Positions 39,201 to 53,300 of a DNA stretch of 64,000 bases are shown piece after piece. Source of the stretch: Camelus dromedarius (Eukaryota); assembly GCF_036321535.1 (NCBI RefSeq), contig NC_087436.1, forward strand, positions 41,170,001-41,234,000. The letters are read 5' to 3'. Each line of letters opens with the position of its first letter. Position 1 is the stretch's first letter. The translations under genes were made by a program, and so were the position numbers. Under the pieces are notes generated by a model that was not told the DNA's origin, did not search any database, and saw only the letters and a list, made by a program, of their open reading frames with translations.

Positions 39201-41252
39201 AAATTGATATACAAATATCAATTACTTTCATATAATCTTGTGATGAACAACTGGAATTTGAAATTAAAACACAGTAAATACATAAGACCAAAAAAGTGAC
39301 ATACTTAGGTATAAATCTAACTATATATATATATGTAGGATCTATATGAGAAAAACTACAAAACTCTGATGAAAGAAATTAAAAATGATCTGAGTAAATA
39401 AAGAGATGTTCCATGTTCAAGGACAGGAAGATTCTCTCAGTTGAGATGTCAGTTCTTCTCAGTCTGGTCTGTAGACTCAACCTAGTACCATTCCAAATTC
39501 CTGAAAACTGTTTTGTAGATTCTACAAACTCATTCTAAGTTTTGTATGAAATAGTGAAAGACACAAATAATACTCAACACAGTCCTGAATAAGAACAGAG
39601 GATTGACACCCTTTCACTTTAAGGTTTATTATCAAGCTACAGTAATGAGAACCATGTGGTATTAGCAAAATAATAGATTAATTGAACAGAATGGAGAGCC
39701 TAGAAACAGGTCCACACAAATATAGTCAACTGATCTTTGACAAAGAAGCAAGGGCAATTCAAGGAGGGGGGGCAGTCTTCAACAAATGATGACAGAGCAA
39801 TTGGACATGTACATGCAAAAAAAAAAAAATCTAGACACAAAACTTACTACTTTCATAAAAAATGAGCTCAAAATGGATCCATTTCTAAAATGCAAAATTA
39901 CAAAGCTTCTAGAAGATACTATAGGAGAAAATCTAGATAACTTTAGGTTGCTGATGAGTTTTTAAACCTAACACCTAATACATGATCTATAAAAGAAATA
40001 ATTGATAAGTTGGACTTTATTAAAATTTAAAACCTTTGCTTTGCCAAAGACAATATCAAGAGAATTAGAAGACAAGCCACAGAGTCTGGGATGAAATATT
40101 TGCCAAAGACTATTCTGATAAAGAACTTTCTATCCAAAACATACAAAGAATTCTTAAAACTCAACAATAAAAAAAACAAACAATCCAATTAAATTAGTGG
40201 AAAAAAAAATACCAAACAGATATTTCACTAAAAAGATAGAGATAACAAATAAGTGTATGAAAGGTGATTAATATGATATACCATTAGGAAATTAAAAAAT
40301 CAAAATAATACTGTAATACTACTACATAAAAATTGAAATCACTAAAATCCAAAAACCTGACCAAGCAAAATACTAGGGAAGATACTGAACAACAGGAGTT
40401 CTCAATTGCTGCTGCTGGAAATGCAAAATTGTATAGCCATGCTGCAGACAATTTGGCAGTTTCTTACAGAAATGTTCTCTTACCATATAATCCAGCAGTC
40501 ACATTCCTAGGAGTTACCTAATTACCTTGAAAACTTATTTCCACACAAATGCCTGCTCTTGGATAGTTATACCAGCTTTATTCATAACTGCCAAAAACTG
40601 GAAGCAACCAAATGCCCTTCAATAGGTAGATGTTAAACTGTTGCAGATCTATACAGTGGATTGTTAGTGGCAAAAATAAATATGATCTTAAGCCACAAAA
40701 AGACATAAAGGAATAAAACATGAATGTGAAAGAAGCCTGTCTGAAACAGCCACGTACCATGTAATTCCAACTATATGACATTTGGGAAAGGGCAAAAGTA
40801 TGGGAACAGTAAAGAGATCTGTGATTTTTTAGGACTGGAGGAGGAGGAGAGATGAGTGGGGAAAGCCCAGGGGATTCTTAGGATGTTAAAACTATTCACT
40901 ATGATATCACAATGGTGAATACATGACATTACACATTTGTCAAAACCCAAAGAACTGTACAACACAAAGAGTGAACTTTAATGAAAACTATGGGATTTAG
41001 TTAATCATAATTTATCAGTATTGGCTCAGATGCATCACATTAATACAAGATGCTAATAACAGGAAATTCTATGCAGGAGAGGTAGGGTACTTGTCACCTG
41101 CTCAATTCTGTAAATCTGAAATTGTTCTAAAATTCTACCTTTTAATTAAAATCATAAACTCTTACAGCCTTTCCATTTTTATCTCTATTAAAGATTTATT
41201 TTCTCTGATAGGATAACACAATCATGGTCAAATCATTGTTCAGCTTTATTAG

Positions 41253-41253
<1 letters not shown>

Positions 41254-41306
<53 letters not shown>
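41254..41306. repeat. (CA)~26 perfect microsatellite
   Basis: Direct reading. Confidence 0.95.
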
Positions 41307-41309
<3 letters not shown>

Positions 41310-41683
41310 AGAACCTAAGGACCTATTACACTCCTTTTGAAGAGTTTCTATTTCTAGCTCAGGATGTGTTCAAATGGTCATGGAACTTGTACTCAGATGA
41401 CTTAGTATTTTTTCCCCCTTCTTTCTAAATTCTTTAGAAAGCATCTACTTTCACTGAAAGAATTCAAATAAATTTCTCTTAAGTAGGAATACTAGGAGAA
41501 TAAATGATATATCACTGAAGAATGAGCAGGGTAGTTCATTGAGATACACACATTAAACACCAGTAATTTTTTTTTGGTTGCATTTTTAAAACATTTAGAC
41601 CTTTTCTGGTTTCTAATAAAGGACTAATATTAAAATATTTTTAAAATCAGTTAGTTACCTGATACAAAATATTATGAGAGAGA

Positions 41684-42122
41684 GAGGGGAGATCAAGATG
41701 GCTGAGTAGGAGGACTCAGAACTCACCTCCTGCAATGAACACATCAAAAATACCTGTGGAGCAACTCTCACTGAAAACACACTACAGACAGACAGACTCT
41801 CGTAAAACCAAGCCTGTAAAAAAGATACACATGAAATCAGGTAGAAAGGGGAGAGAACAACCAGGTCAAGGTTGCCTACTCTTCCTACTCCTATTTGTAC
41901 TGGAATGCAAAGACAGTATTGGAAGTCATAGCCAGAGCAATCAGACAGCAAAAACAAAGAAAAGGCATCCAAACTGGACTGAAGAGGTAAAACTGTCACT
42001 ATGTGCAGATGACATAATGCTATATAGAAAACCCTAAAATCTTCGTGAAAATAAAAGCTATTAGAACTAACAAATGAATTCAGTAAAGTTGCAGGATACA
42101 ACATTAATACACAGAAATATCT
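41684..42122 (+). mobile_element. L1 5' UTR start fused directly to the ORF2 RT segment
   Basis: gggggagatcaagatggc (YY1-type start), homologous to 63590 onward; from ~41868 ORF2 sequence encoding EVKLSLCADDIMLY. Confidence 0.85.
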
Positions 42123-42769
42123 TCCTTTTCTTTACTATACTATATTTACTATAACTATTACTAGGTGTTGCTATGTTGAAACACAAGGCTCATGTTTTAA
42201 AAAGACGGTAAATAATATTATAAAATATGTTATCTGTTCTGGGGTGATTTCCATTCTTATAGTGAAATTGGAAGTGCAGGCATTATGAATGACAATAAAT
42301 GAAGTGAAAGCCTAATACAAGAATACAAAGAAAAACAGCTACTCGTTCAAGGGATGAAATATAAAAAGGAAAAAAAATGATCCTTTCTTACGCTGATTCC
42401 AATATATTTTTTATAGGTCACACAGTCTCTTATGTCTGCTACATATTTTCCTTCAGGAGATTCCTATAGAGTTTTCAACATTTGTTGCATGTGTATGTTT
42501 TTGTTGTTAAGAATTTTCATAAGACTATATCCACATGCATCTGGCTAATTTTCTAATTATTTTAAAAATGTAAGCAGGGAGATAAATGTAGCTCCACCCC
42601 TCCACTTTATTACACTTTACTCTTGAGACATAGGAATTTAATTTAAAATTTTGTACAATAGATGAAGAAAATGTCAAGACATTCTTGATACTTATTAATG
42701 TATTGTGAAGCACTGCATTCTGAACATATAGTCGTGTAAAATAATTCAAACAGTAGTCTATTATTTATA

Positions 42770-42945
42770 CTACCATGTAGTGAGCAACTTTTTATATTAG
42801 GAACTCTATTCTATACTTCACATATATTAGCTGGTAAATCCATATAAGAACCCAACAAAGTAAATTTTGTATCCTCATTTTGGAAATGTAAGGTATGTAG
42901 CTCAAACTGTTAAATAATATACTCAGGGCCATCCAGCTAGCTTGT
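42770..42945 (-). mobile_element. MIR SINE
   Basis: atcctcattttggaaatg..ctcagggccatccagctag, antisense MIR core. Confidence 0.6.
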
Positions 42946-43886
42946 GTTAAAGCAGAACTTTCCCAGGGGAAAAGAATCTTTAACTGGGAAACATCTGGCT
43001 TCGTCTCTTCTGTCTCACATTTGACCTTTTAACTCCTAGGAAACTCGGTTCACGCTTCAACTTAGAAACTCCTGTGCAGGAACTCAGAGTCACAGTGTTT
43101 CAGCTGTGATCTTGAAACTAATGCTGAGGATGGTCTGAAAGCATCACTTAGAACATTTTTAAGCACTAAAAATTTCCCTTGACTGAAGTTGGTCATCTGA
43201 AAATAGGAAAAGTATGTGCTAGATGATGATCATTTAGATCATATCCTTGGTCTGTCTGTTTAGCTTCTATGTCCCAAGGTGGGTCCTTCATGTATCAGTT
43301 TATGATTGACTGTTCATTCAACTTTAAGACCAAGGCATGAAATTGCTTCTTGGCAGGTATGGGTGTATGTGCATGTGTGTGATCACTGATTTGTGGAATT
43401 CACGCTACAATAAATGGATGTTAACATTTCTTGTTTCAGACCTCCTTCTCTTGATACCCCATCATTCTTCTGATCTCTGTCTTCCTTTGCCATGTAAGCA
43501 TGGACATATTATTAGGTTCTGAAGATTCTAATTCATGAAACTAGTGTAAATATGACACATTCATTCTACTACATAGGGGTTTGGTGTGAGTAAAATTGAG
43601 GTAGGGAAAAATCAGGAAAGAGATGTTAAACATAGTAATATTTATAGCACCTAACTGCACTGGACAGAGAAGATGTGCATTAATAAAATTAGGCATCAAA
43701 AATGGCATATGTGTACCATTTCACAAGATTCAAAAAATCCGTATCATACAATATAATTTTTTGTCAAAAGTAATTTTAACCTGAAAATTAATTCGTGAAA
43801 TAGTAAAGTATATGAGTGTATAAATTACTATACATCTTTTTGTAGCTACCATTATATACCTGTAGCAGTTCACACTGAAAACAGAA

Positions 43887-43897
<11 letters not shown>

Positions 43898-43918
<21 letters not shown>
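43898..43918. repeat. (TA)n microsatellite
   Basis: Direct reading. Confidence 0.85.
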
Positions 43919-43931
<13 letters not shown>

Positions 43932-44149
43932 CTTTATACTGTTGTAGTCAACGTATTAAATCAATTTAAGCAGCTATTTATCACAATTTCCATAATACTA
44001 TGGAAACTGTGATCATACTACACTACTGTCTTTTTTCACTGTTGATTTTGTCAGGCCTTAAATGACTGCCTTGAGGAAATCATCCCTTGGATTAATTACC
44101 AGAAATGATAATGTAGGTTTTGATGTAGCATGTATGGTGTTTTGTTTTT

Positions 44150-44345
44150 CAGTTGGTAGCTGAGTAATCCTTAGCAAATCATTTACTATCTCTGAGAAAT
44201 TACTTTATCTATAAAATGAAGACAATAATAACATCCACTTTATAGGATTCTTTTGAGAATCAATTGAGATAATATAACACGCTTTGCACTTTGCTTGGTA
44301 CATACACAAAAAATGGCTTACCAAATATTAGCTATAGTTTTTATT
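44150..44345 (+). mobile_element. MIR SINE
   Basis: caaatcattta..ctctgag..tttatctataaaatgaagacaataata..gagataat..aaatattagcta. Confidence 0.75.
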
Positions 44346-44866
44346 ACTACTTTTTAAGATTTATACTGATGTCTCAATAATATTAGGATGACCTTTAAGA
44401 ACCATGTTCTTCACATATGTATATTTTTGATGTGGACTTTATTTTTTATATCTATTTATACTTCTGTTTATATTTTTATTTTATTACAAATGAAATTTCT
44501 CCAGTATATTTGCCTACATCTGTTATTATGTTGTCACCATTTTACATAGGAATATTTTTATTATTTCAATGAACCATATTCTTTGTATAATTAGGTGGAA
44601 TATCGATAAATATCCATTAAGTTTGGATTTCTTATATTTTCATTTATATGAGATTAAATATTCAGAATTGTAAACACAAAATTTTGCTAAAATAGACAAT
44701 TTAGGTAAGACCAAGAATACATTTTATTATTTAACACTCATTCAATTCACTAACTTTACTTACATTAGTAAATTACTTCAACTTGGTAATTAACTCTTTT
44801 GGCTTGTATATCACTAGGAAAACAGAAATTTTTCATCTATAAAATTTCAATTTAAAGTGACTTTTG

Positions 44867-45641
44867 AGTCCACAAACAAATGCTGGAGAGGCTGTGGAGA
44901 AAAGGGAACCCTCCTACACTGTTGGTGGGAATACAGTTTCGTGCAGCCATTGTGGAAAACAGAATGGAGACTCCTTAAAAAACTAAAAATAGACTTACTC
45001 TATGATCCAGCAGTCCCACTTCTGGGCATATATATGGAGGGAACTCTAATTCAAACAGATCCGTGCACCCCAATCATAGAAGTACTATTTACAATAGCCA
45101 AAATGTGGAAACAACCTAAATGTCCATCAACTGATGACTGCATAAAGACGCTGTGGTATATTTATCCAACGGAATACTACTCAGCCACAAAAAGGAATGA
45201 AATAATGCCATTTGTAGCAACATGGATGGACCTAGAGACTGTCATTCTAAATAAACCAGAAAGAGAAAGGAAAAATACCATATGATATCACTTATATGTG
45301 GAATCTAAAAAAAAAAAAAAAAGACACAAATGAACATTTCTACAAAACAGAAAAAGACCCATAGACATATAAAATAAATTCAGGGTTACCAGGGGGGAAA
45401 GGCAATGGGAAGGGATAAAATCAGAGTTCAAGATTTGCAGATACTAACTACTATATATAAAATATATAAACAACAAGTTCCTATTGTATAGCACAGACAA
45501 CTATATTCAATATCTTGTAGTAACCTCTAATGAAAAAGAATATAAAAATGAATATATGTATGTATATGTACGACTGAAACATTATGACATTCACCAGAAA
45601 TTGAAACAAAATTGTAAACTGACTATACCTTAATAAAAAAA
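44867..45641 (+). mobile_element. Young lineage-specific L1 3' end (ORF2p C-terminus, 3' UTR, A tail)
   Basis: Open frame [17 protein letters not shown]...PFVATWMDLE (ORF2p cysteine-rich domain); cetartiodactyl-type tail ending tgtaaactgactatac..aataaaaaaa. Confidence 0.93.
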
Positions 45642-46269
45642 TAGTGAGCGTGGCAAACTTTCATGAGAAAATGTAGTATTTTTTCCATTCTATTTTATTT
45701 GAAGAAAAATTTGTAAAGTAATTAGAGGTGGATTTTAGAATATTCAACAATAATATATTTCAGTGTAAATTAATTAATTTACATTTTCTTTTGTTGGCTT
45801 GAAAATTTCAAATCTGCAACTATTTATTGTAATGAGAATTAAAATGCATTACTGATGGTATTTTAAATATTAATTTATTAAATATTTGAATTAACTTCTA
45901 AAAACAATACAAAAATATTTTTCTATAAGCCAATACTCTGTGTTAGCAAAATATTGTATTTCTGCTTTTTGACAGGTTACATATTAAACATTTCTGTTGA
46001 ATAGGCATGAATTGAGTTATAAATAAAACTACGTAACTTTTGATTCTTACAATGTACTTATCACAGTAATATGTAATCTGGGGAAGAGAGAAGAAGAAAG
46101 TAAAGTTCATAGCCATAGTGTCTTTATAATCTACATATCTGAGAATTGAAGGCTATATAATAAAACATCAAAATGAGAAAAAAAGAGAAAGTGTTTGGAC
46201 AATATACTTTTGAATATTTCTCTAATAATAGATAACAATTAAAAAACTATTATATTTAGGCCTAGATAT

Positions 46270-46420
46270 GAGCATTTTTATTTAACCTATGGGAGCCCTT
46301 TGAGATAATTACAATTATTATTCCCATTTTACAGTTGAATGAGATAGGTTAGTCTAAGAGCAGCTGGGAAAACACAAGGATATGAACACCTGCAGTCTAA
46401 ATTCAGCTCTCATACTTTGC
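46270..46420 (-). mobile_element. MIR SINE
   Basis: attattattcccattttacag..ggatatgaac..cagtct. Confidence 0.6.
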
Positions 46421-48489
46421 ATATTATACTATTCGATATAAATAAAAGTTACAGTTGAAAAACTGCAACTCATTCATTCTTGTTATAATTGTTCATTATA
46501 ATTTTTGTCTCCTAAGATTTAAAGAACTAACTTACTGCCTCTAACATCTATCACTGCAACCCCTAGAAAATCAGGATGGAAATTACTCCAGGTACAAAGT
46601 ATTCTTTGCTCTATCTTCATGTTATATACAATTATTAAATATATCTGGAATATACTCAAAAGCAGATTAAATATATAAATCAAGTCCAATCTATTCTCTT
46701 TGCTATTTAATTTCAAGAAAACTGTCTTGCTTGAACTACAGTGACATCTTGTGGCCCAAAGTCTTTTGTTCTGTTTTTATATGTAAATTGTTCATGTTTT
46801 CTGCTTCTCTTCAGTTCTAGGTTTGAAGCAGCAGTTTTTATTACTGTAGATTCTGAACAATCACTAAACATTGCAGAAACAAAATATTAGGGGAAAAAGA
46901 AAACTTGATAGTAAACATGTTCTAAGACCAATGCTGACCTTACTTCTTTCAGAAGGGATTTTATTACTTGAAGTATATTTTTAAATAGTGGAAGAGTTAA
47001 GTGGAAAATTTGATGCTAACTTCATCTAAACTTTGAAAGTAGTCTCAATTGTTATGTCATTTTCCGAGTAAATAAAAAGGAATTAACTTATCAAGCAATA
47101 TGATATTTTAAAACAATTTTTGAATGTGATCAAAATGTTTGCATTTTTAAGTTATTTTTTCCTTCCTATGATATATCATTATTTCTTCAAATTACAAAAC
47201 TTTTGTTTGTTCTTGAGTATACACTGATAAACACTGAATTTATAATTTCTTTAAGCCTCTCTTTTCCTCAGCTATTGCAGTATTTCCAGATGGTTTTGAT
47301 TATTTTCAGAATTTCCCAGTTTTAAATGCACCAAACCACAAATCTTCAGATTTTCAACAGAAGTTCAAAAGCTCCTACTCCACATCTTATGAAAATATAA
47401 TCAATTATGACCTGAATACGTAGAGGAATGCAGTTTATAAATTTGTTAAGGAGTAAAATAATGGTGCTATCTCTGGCACCTAATATTCCAATTTAACTTA
47501 ACATAACATTCAAGTCATTTTATATATAACAATATATACATTAACAGTTTAATCATGTACATCTAAACCTATTTCTGCTTTATAATCATTTATGTTTTAG
47601 AAATAATTGGTTCCTTATAGTAGGTATAATTAAGCCTGTCCCACAGCATTAGCCATGTATGCTGATTTCTATAAATCTTTTGTTACTGTTCTTTGGTTTT
47701 CTTCTACAAATTCCAAAATGAGAGTTTCTGTTGTAATAAAAACTAGCTTTCATTTGATAAAAATGAAGGTGATCAGTTACACATTTACAGATTCTCACTG
47801 CAAAGAGAAATAACGGCAACACAAAAAGCTTCTTTATTGTGTGTCTTATAAATGAGCCTTGCACAAGTATAGTCATGACTGGGCTGGTTACAGCTTGTTT
47901 TGGTACCTCTTCTAAATCGTAACTGAAAAAGTGCATTTACCTTAGGATGTTTTAGATAATTAGGATTAACCAAGCAGACTATTCTTATTCTATGGATGAA
48001 ATTAACTTTAGCATAAATCTAGAGTAAATTATAAATATCAAGCAGATATAATATTGTTCTGACCATTTCTACTTATTTCTCTTTATTAGAATATTGGTAA
48101 AATCTGTATGTATGTTTGCTAAGAACAAAGGTATGTCTCTCACCTAGCGATTTTTTATGTTTCTGAAAATTATGTACTTTATGCTTTATTTATTTTTTAT
48201 AAATTTATTCCATAAATCAATCGATTTTTTCTATGATTTCTGAAAAGTTCTGCAACCCATGATTTTTTAATTATTCCAACATTTTGGATATGCATTTTAA
48301 ACAAATCTTATAAATCTTTTCTGATGACGTAAAGAGAAATAGAAAGATCAAAGATACATACTATTAGTAAAGGATTTACTTTGAGAACTATTTTCTTTTC
48401 ATATAACAAATGCTATTCTGAGAAAAAATAAGGTCCCAAACACTTTAGAAATATTGTACATTTTTAATGCCAAGAGCTATCTACATATA

Positions 48490-48625
48490 TTATTAAAATC
48501 CTACTAGATGAGGAAACTGAAGCTAAGAGATGTTATCTTGCTTAAGGTTATAAAAGCTTTATGTTTTTGAAGATAGGGCTCAATGCAAGTTGCCCCACCA
48601 CAAAAGTTTATGCTTTTCATTATAC
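48490..48625 (-). mobile_element. MIR SINE
   Basis: agatgaggaaactgaagctaagaga..cttgcttaaggt core. Confidence 0.7.
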
Positions 48626-50379
48626 ATTGGTTATCCTCCTTGCATCAAAAACCCTCTTGAATATATTTAAATTTATAAAGTTAATTAAGGGAAATTCAGG
48701 TCAGTATTCCAATTACCATACAAGTAGTTTTAATAATAAATCATAATATCCCTGCTTAAGTAGGCCTGTGTGTGAACCCTTAAATATTTAGTCTTTTAAA
48801 ATTTCTTTTACAATGCCTCAAATATGAATGGACATTCAATAATATTACTTAATGTCACATAATGGACATAGATATGATGTTTATTAAAAGCCTTCATAGA
48901 TATCTGTATTTGATAAGTAACCTTCAATCACATATCATAAATCATTATTTTACTTTTTATTTGCAAATATTCCATACTTACATATATATTTGCTTTCTTA
49001 TGTATTTTATTATGACATTTTCTAATTTTATATATGTTGTAGTAGTTTTTATTGAATTCTGCTCATAGTATACACTCAGTTTATATTGTGCATATATTAA
49101 AATAACCTTAAATTTAGATTGATTGTGGAAAAAAATGTTGTTTTTTTCACCTCTTTTTCCATAGTCTGAAATGAAAGGAGAGAGGGAGAGAGAGAAATGG
49201 AGAAATTGGTAAAATGTGAGAAATGATAATAAAACAAAGAAAACATTAAAAATTGATGAGTCCTGGTAAATGTAAAAGTTAAACTGCTGGAGAAAGAGGT
49301 AAAAAAAAAGTTAATGAAAATATTTGCTTTTAAACTTTCTGAAAGCTGTAATATATTTTCTAAAATATAACTGGAATTTCTAAAATAAAACATATTTAGA
49401 TATCAACATTCAACTTATATTCTTATGTGAATGGTCAAAATCATAGGAGATATGAGAAGTCATTATTTTAATAGAAAAAGAAATGCTTTTACAGTAAAAG
49501 GAATAAAGGCTCAAAGCCGATGTACTTTTTTTTTTTTAATGAATACTTTCCCTCTTGTAATCGAAAAAGACTCATCTGTATAACAGGATATGTAATACTT
49601 TGAATGCAAATAAGAATGAACTATTGAGCTGAGGAAAAACATCTGTTAATTGATTTTATGGTCCAGTACACACAGCTCTAAGTTCTTTGATAATTCAGGG
49701 CAAAGACTTGGTTTTCTTGTAGCATCTGGGTATTTTAGACAAAAGCCAAAAGCAGTTTCTGTCTGAATAACTTACAAATTGGCATCAGCATAATCCAAAT
49801 GCTGAATTTTAGACATTTAGAAGTAAAACTATCGTATTTATGAATTCAAATATATTCATTTGGACTTACATATTTTAATTTGGAATTACACATTTTAAAA
49901 GAAAAGATACATGTGTTCTTTTTTAGACTTTAAAGTGTATTAGCCATTACTAATCACATTTCTTTTTCTGTATTGTATGGTATAATTTACTAAAACAGCA
50001 CTGTATTTGCCTCACAGGACTCTGATTTTAGTTTACCGCTATTGTTACTTATGTGGACATTTAAGTCTTTCTATACATGATCACATGAGATGATGTGAGT
50101 GAAACAGTTAAAAACAAAACAGAACAAAACAATGCTTCATTTATATTGGTTAAACCAGAAAGAGTACAAGAAGAAAATATAAAAATTGTAACTTGACTTA
50201 TATCCAAAAGTAACTTGAATCCAAACACCAAATGTGGATATATTTTGTTAGAACATTGTGGGTGTTTAGGCAGAGGAGGATGTAAAAACAAACTGCTATT
50301 TTTTTTAATTACAAAAATATTAAGGTCTAAGAAAAAAATATGTATGAGAACATAAGAAATAAACAAGAGGTATGATATA

Positions 50380-53300
50380 TATATACAAAATTTAAAAAGA
50401 AAGTAACGCTATGTTTTAAATTTGAAAATCTTGATAAATGGACAAGTTTCTAGAGAAAAATAGATATATCTAAAATTTTATGAATAAAATAACTTAATAG
50501 ACTAATAACTGTGAACAAAGTAAGATATGAAAGAATTATATTAAAATTCTTTAACTCATTATTTTTAGTATGAATGATTTCAACATTCATAAACATATTA
50601 ACATACCCTCCTTATGAAAATTATTCCAGAGAACAAAAGAGAATATAATGTATTGAATAAAATTATAAAATGTTGATTGTACAAACCTGATTACTCACTT
50701 AAAAAATTAAAAATCTTGTGTGTAAACCACTTGTGAATGGCTGCAGATATAGTACTGACAATTAATATACTAGCTATTTTATCAGTATGTTACATGCTAT
50801 GGCTAACTCACTATAGAGTAAAATAAAAGTTATCCAAAGAACAAAAAATAGATTACTGGTAAAGAGATTGGTCACATGTCAAAAACTTTACAATAAACAA
50901 AAGTCCAGGACTAGACAGACTGACAAATTTTACCACTCAAAGAATACCAATCCTTCTCAAACTCTTCCAAAAAAATACAGGTGGAGGGAACACTTCCAAA
51001 CCTATTTTACAATGCCAACTTTACCCTGATACTGAAACCAGACAAGAACAAAACCAGAGAAGAAAATTATAGGCCAGTATCATTGAGGTATGTAAGTGCA
51101 AAAATCCTCAATCAAAATATTTGCATACAAAATTTAACAATACAATAAGAGGATCACACACCATGATCAAGTGGGATTTATTCCAGGGATGCAAAGATGG
51201 TTCAACATGTGCAAAATCAATCAATCTGACACACCACATTAACAAAATGAAGGATTAAATTCATATAATCATCTCAGTAGGTGCATTAAACAAAATTCAA
51301 CCTCTGTTTATAAAAACCTCTCAACAAAGTGTGCATAGAGGGAACATAATAAAGGACATACATGACCAAAAGTAGTATTTAGTAGTAGAGAAACAATGAA
51401 AAAATTAAAGTAAGAAAACTGGAAAAGTATTTGTTAAAATTTAAATCAACTTCTTTGAACTACATCATGGGACATAATATATAAATATTAAGAATAGAGA
51501 GATTCAAATAAGGAATTTAAGAATGCTTCATTAAGGGATATCTCTAACTCATTGTTCATTTTATAATATATAATTTCAGTAAAAATAATTAAAAGAGTAA
51601 GTTACTTACCCGACTATAATCATTTAATAATTTCTGGAAAAAAATTTGGTCATTAAAAAATGTAAAGAAAATATCAACACTTGAAATTTTGTAGAACATC
51701 TGAGAATCATAACCGCAGGAAAAAAATACAACAAAAACATCAGTAATATAAATGTTTATAACATGAAAGTTGAGAAATTGTAAACATTTAAGCAATAGCT
51801 TATTTAAAAATAAGGCAAAAATTTCATTAGATGATGTAAAAGCAACCAAATTTTCAAAAGATGTATCAGCTATATAAAGAGAGTAAAACAATGAATAAAA
51901 TATTTAAACAAAGACTTGCAAGAAAGGAGAGATGTACCATGTTACCATATAAGACAATTGACGCTTATAAAGAGGTCAATTACCCAAGAATAATGTACGT
52001 ATAGAAAACTATTTCAGAAAAACTGTTAACATTGAATTTTGAAAAAAAATTCACAATTAGTATGTCCTTAGTGATTGAACAACTAAAATTGTCAGCAGTC
52101 AAAAGTTAAAACAAAAGCATTATTGAGAAAATGATAACCATGTAATGATTATTTCGTACACATTTACTATATTGGTAGTGTATCCAGGGATTAAACTTCA
52201 AACTCACTTAGAAAAATATATATTATGAAGGATAAAGAGGAGAAATAAATACTGTGGAGTCAATTCAACAAGAAAACCTAACTCCTAAATGTGAATGTAC
52301 CTACAGCATAGAATTACAAAGTACAAGAAACAAAAACTGTTAAAATTGAAAAGAAAATCAAATCCATAATTATAGCTGGAAATTAACATACCTTTTTACT
52401 AACAGAACACGTAGGCAAAAAATCAATAAGTATATAAATGAAATAAACACATTATTACACTTGACCTAATTAACAGTTATAAAACACATTAACAACAGCA
52501 TTCACTAAGAAACCATATTTGGGGCCACAAAAGAAACCTTAACAAATTTAAAAAATTGAATCATGCAAAGTAAGTTTCCAGAACATGATGGAAATTAGCT
52601 AGAAATCAATATGAGAAAGATATATGAAATAATCCCAAATAGTTCATAATTAAACAAATCAACTCAAAAAAACACTTGGAGTATATTAGAAACTCAAAGA
52701 AAGTCACAAGAAATATTACAGATTATTTTGAATTGCATGAAAATTAAATATAGTAAGTTTTGTGATATGCAATGCAACTAAAGAGATACTTAGAGGGAAA
52801 TGTATAGCAATAAGTGGTTCTATAAGAAGAAGAGAAATGATTCAAATCAATCATCTAATTTGCCACAGGAAAAAACAGTAATATAATAACAGGTTACAGT
52901 CAAAGAAAGAAGGAAGGGCATCAAAGAATAAAATCAACATGATTCAGAATGGAAAAATAATAAAGAAAATCAAGGAAACCAAAATCTGTATCTTTGAAAA
53001 GTTTAATTGATAAAAATCAACATTGATGTAATCCTATTCAAAATCCATGAAGCATTTTTTGTACAAAGCAGTAAGTTAATTCTAAAATGTATTTAAAAAA
53101 GCAAAAGAACTACAATAATTAAAATAATCTCTAAAAAGAACAATTAAGTTAACAATTCTGCTTTGGTAATCTAGAAACAAAATAGTTTGTCAGTTTCTTA
53201 TAAAGTATAAATACTGAGTACTTATTTTAAGACTTACTATAGAGGTACAGTCAAACCAATACGAAACAGAACTGAATGTATTGAAATAGAAGCCACATTT

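Larger units (their letters stand above)
34490..41150 (+). mobile_element. Near-full-length ancient L1 (L1M4-type 5' end, L1MC-type 3' end) with two nested LTRs and internal deletions
   Basis: Collinear 5' UTR (34490-36600), ORF1 relic (~36650-37550, gaactgtgggacaatt), ORF2 relic (~38040-40550, ttgttcccagatggc) and L1MC tail ending ctgtaaatctgaaattgttctaaa. Confidence 0.85.

Noticed and set aside
44857..45285. 142-aa ORF as a host gene
   Set aside because: It is the C-terminus of L1 ORF2p in a 5'-truncated copy.
50018..50095. Plus-strand exon-like segment (ctcacag...gtgagt)
   Set aside because: Stops in all three frames and no partner exons.
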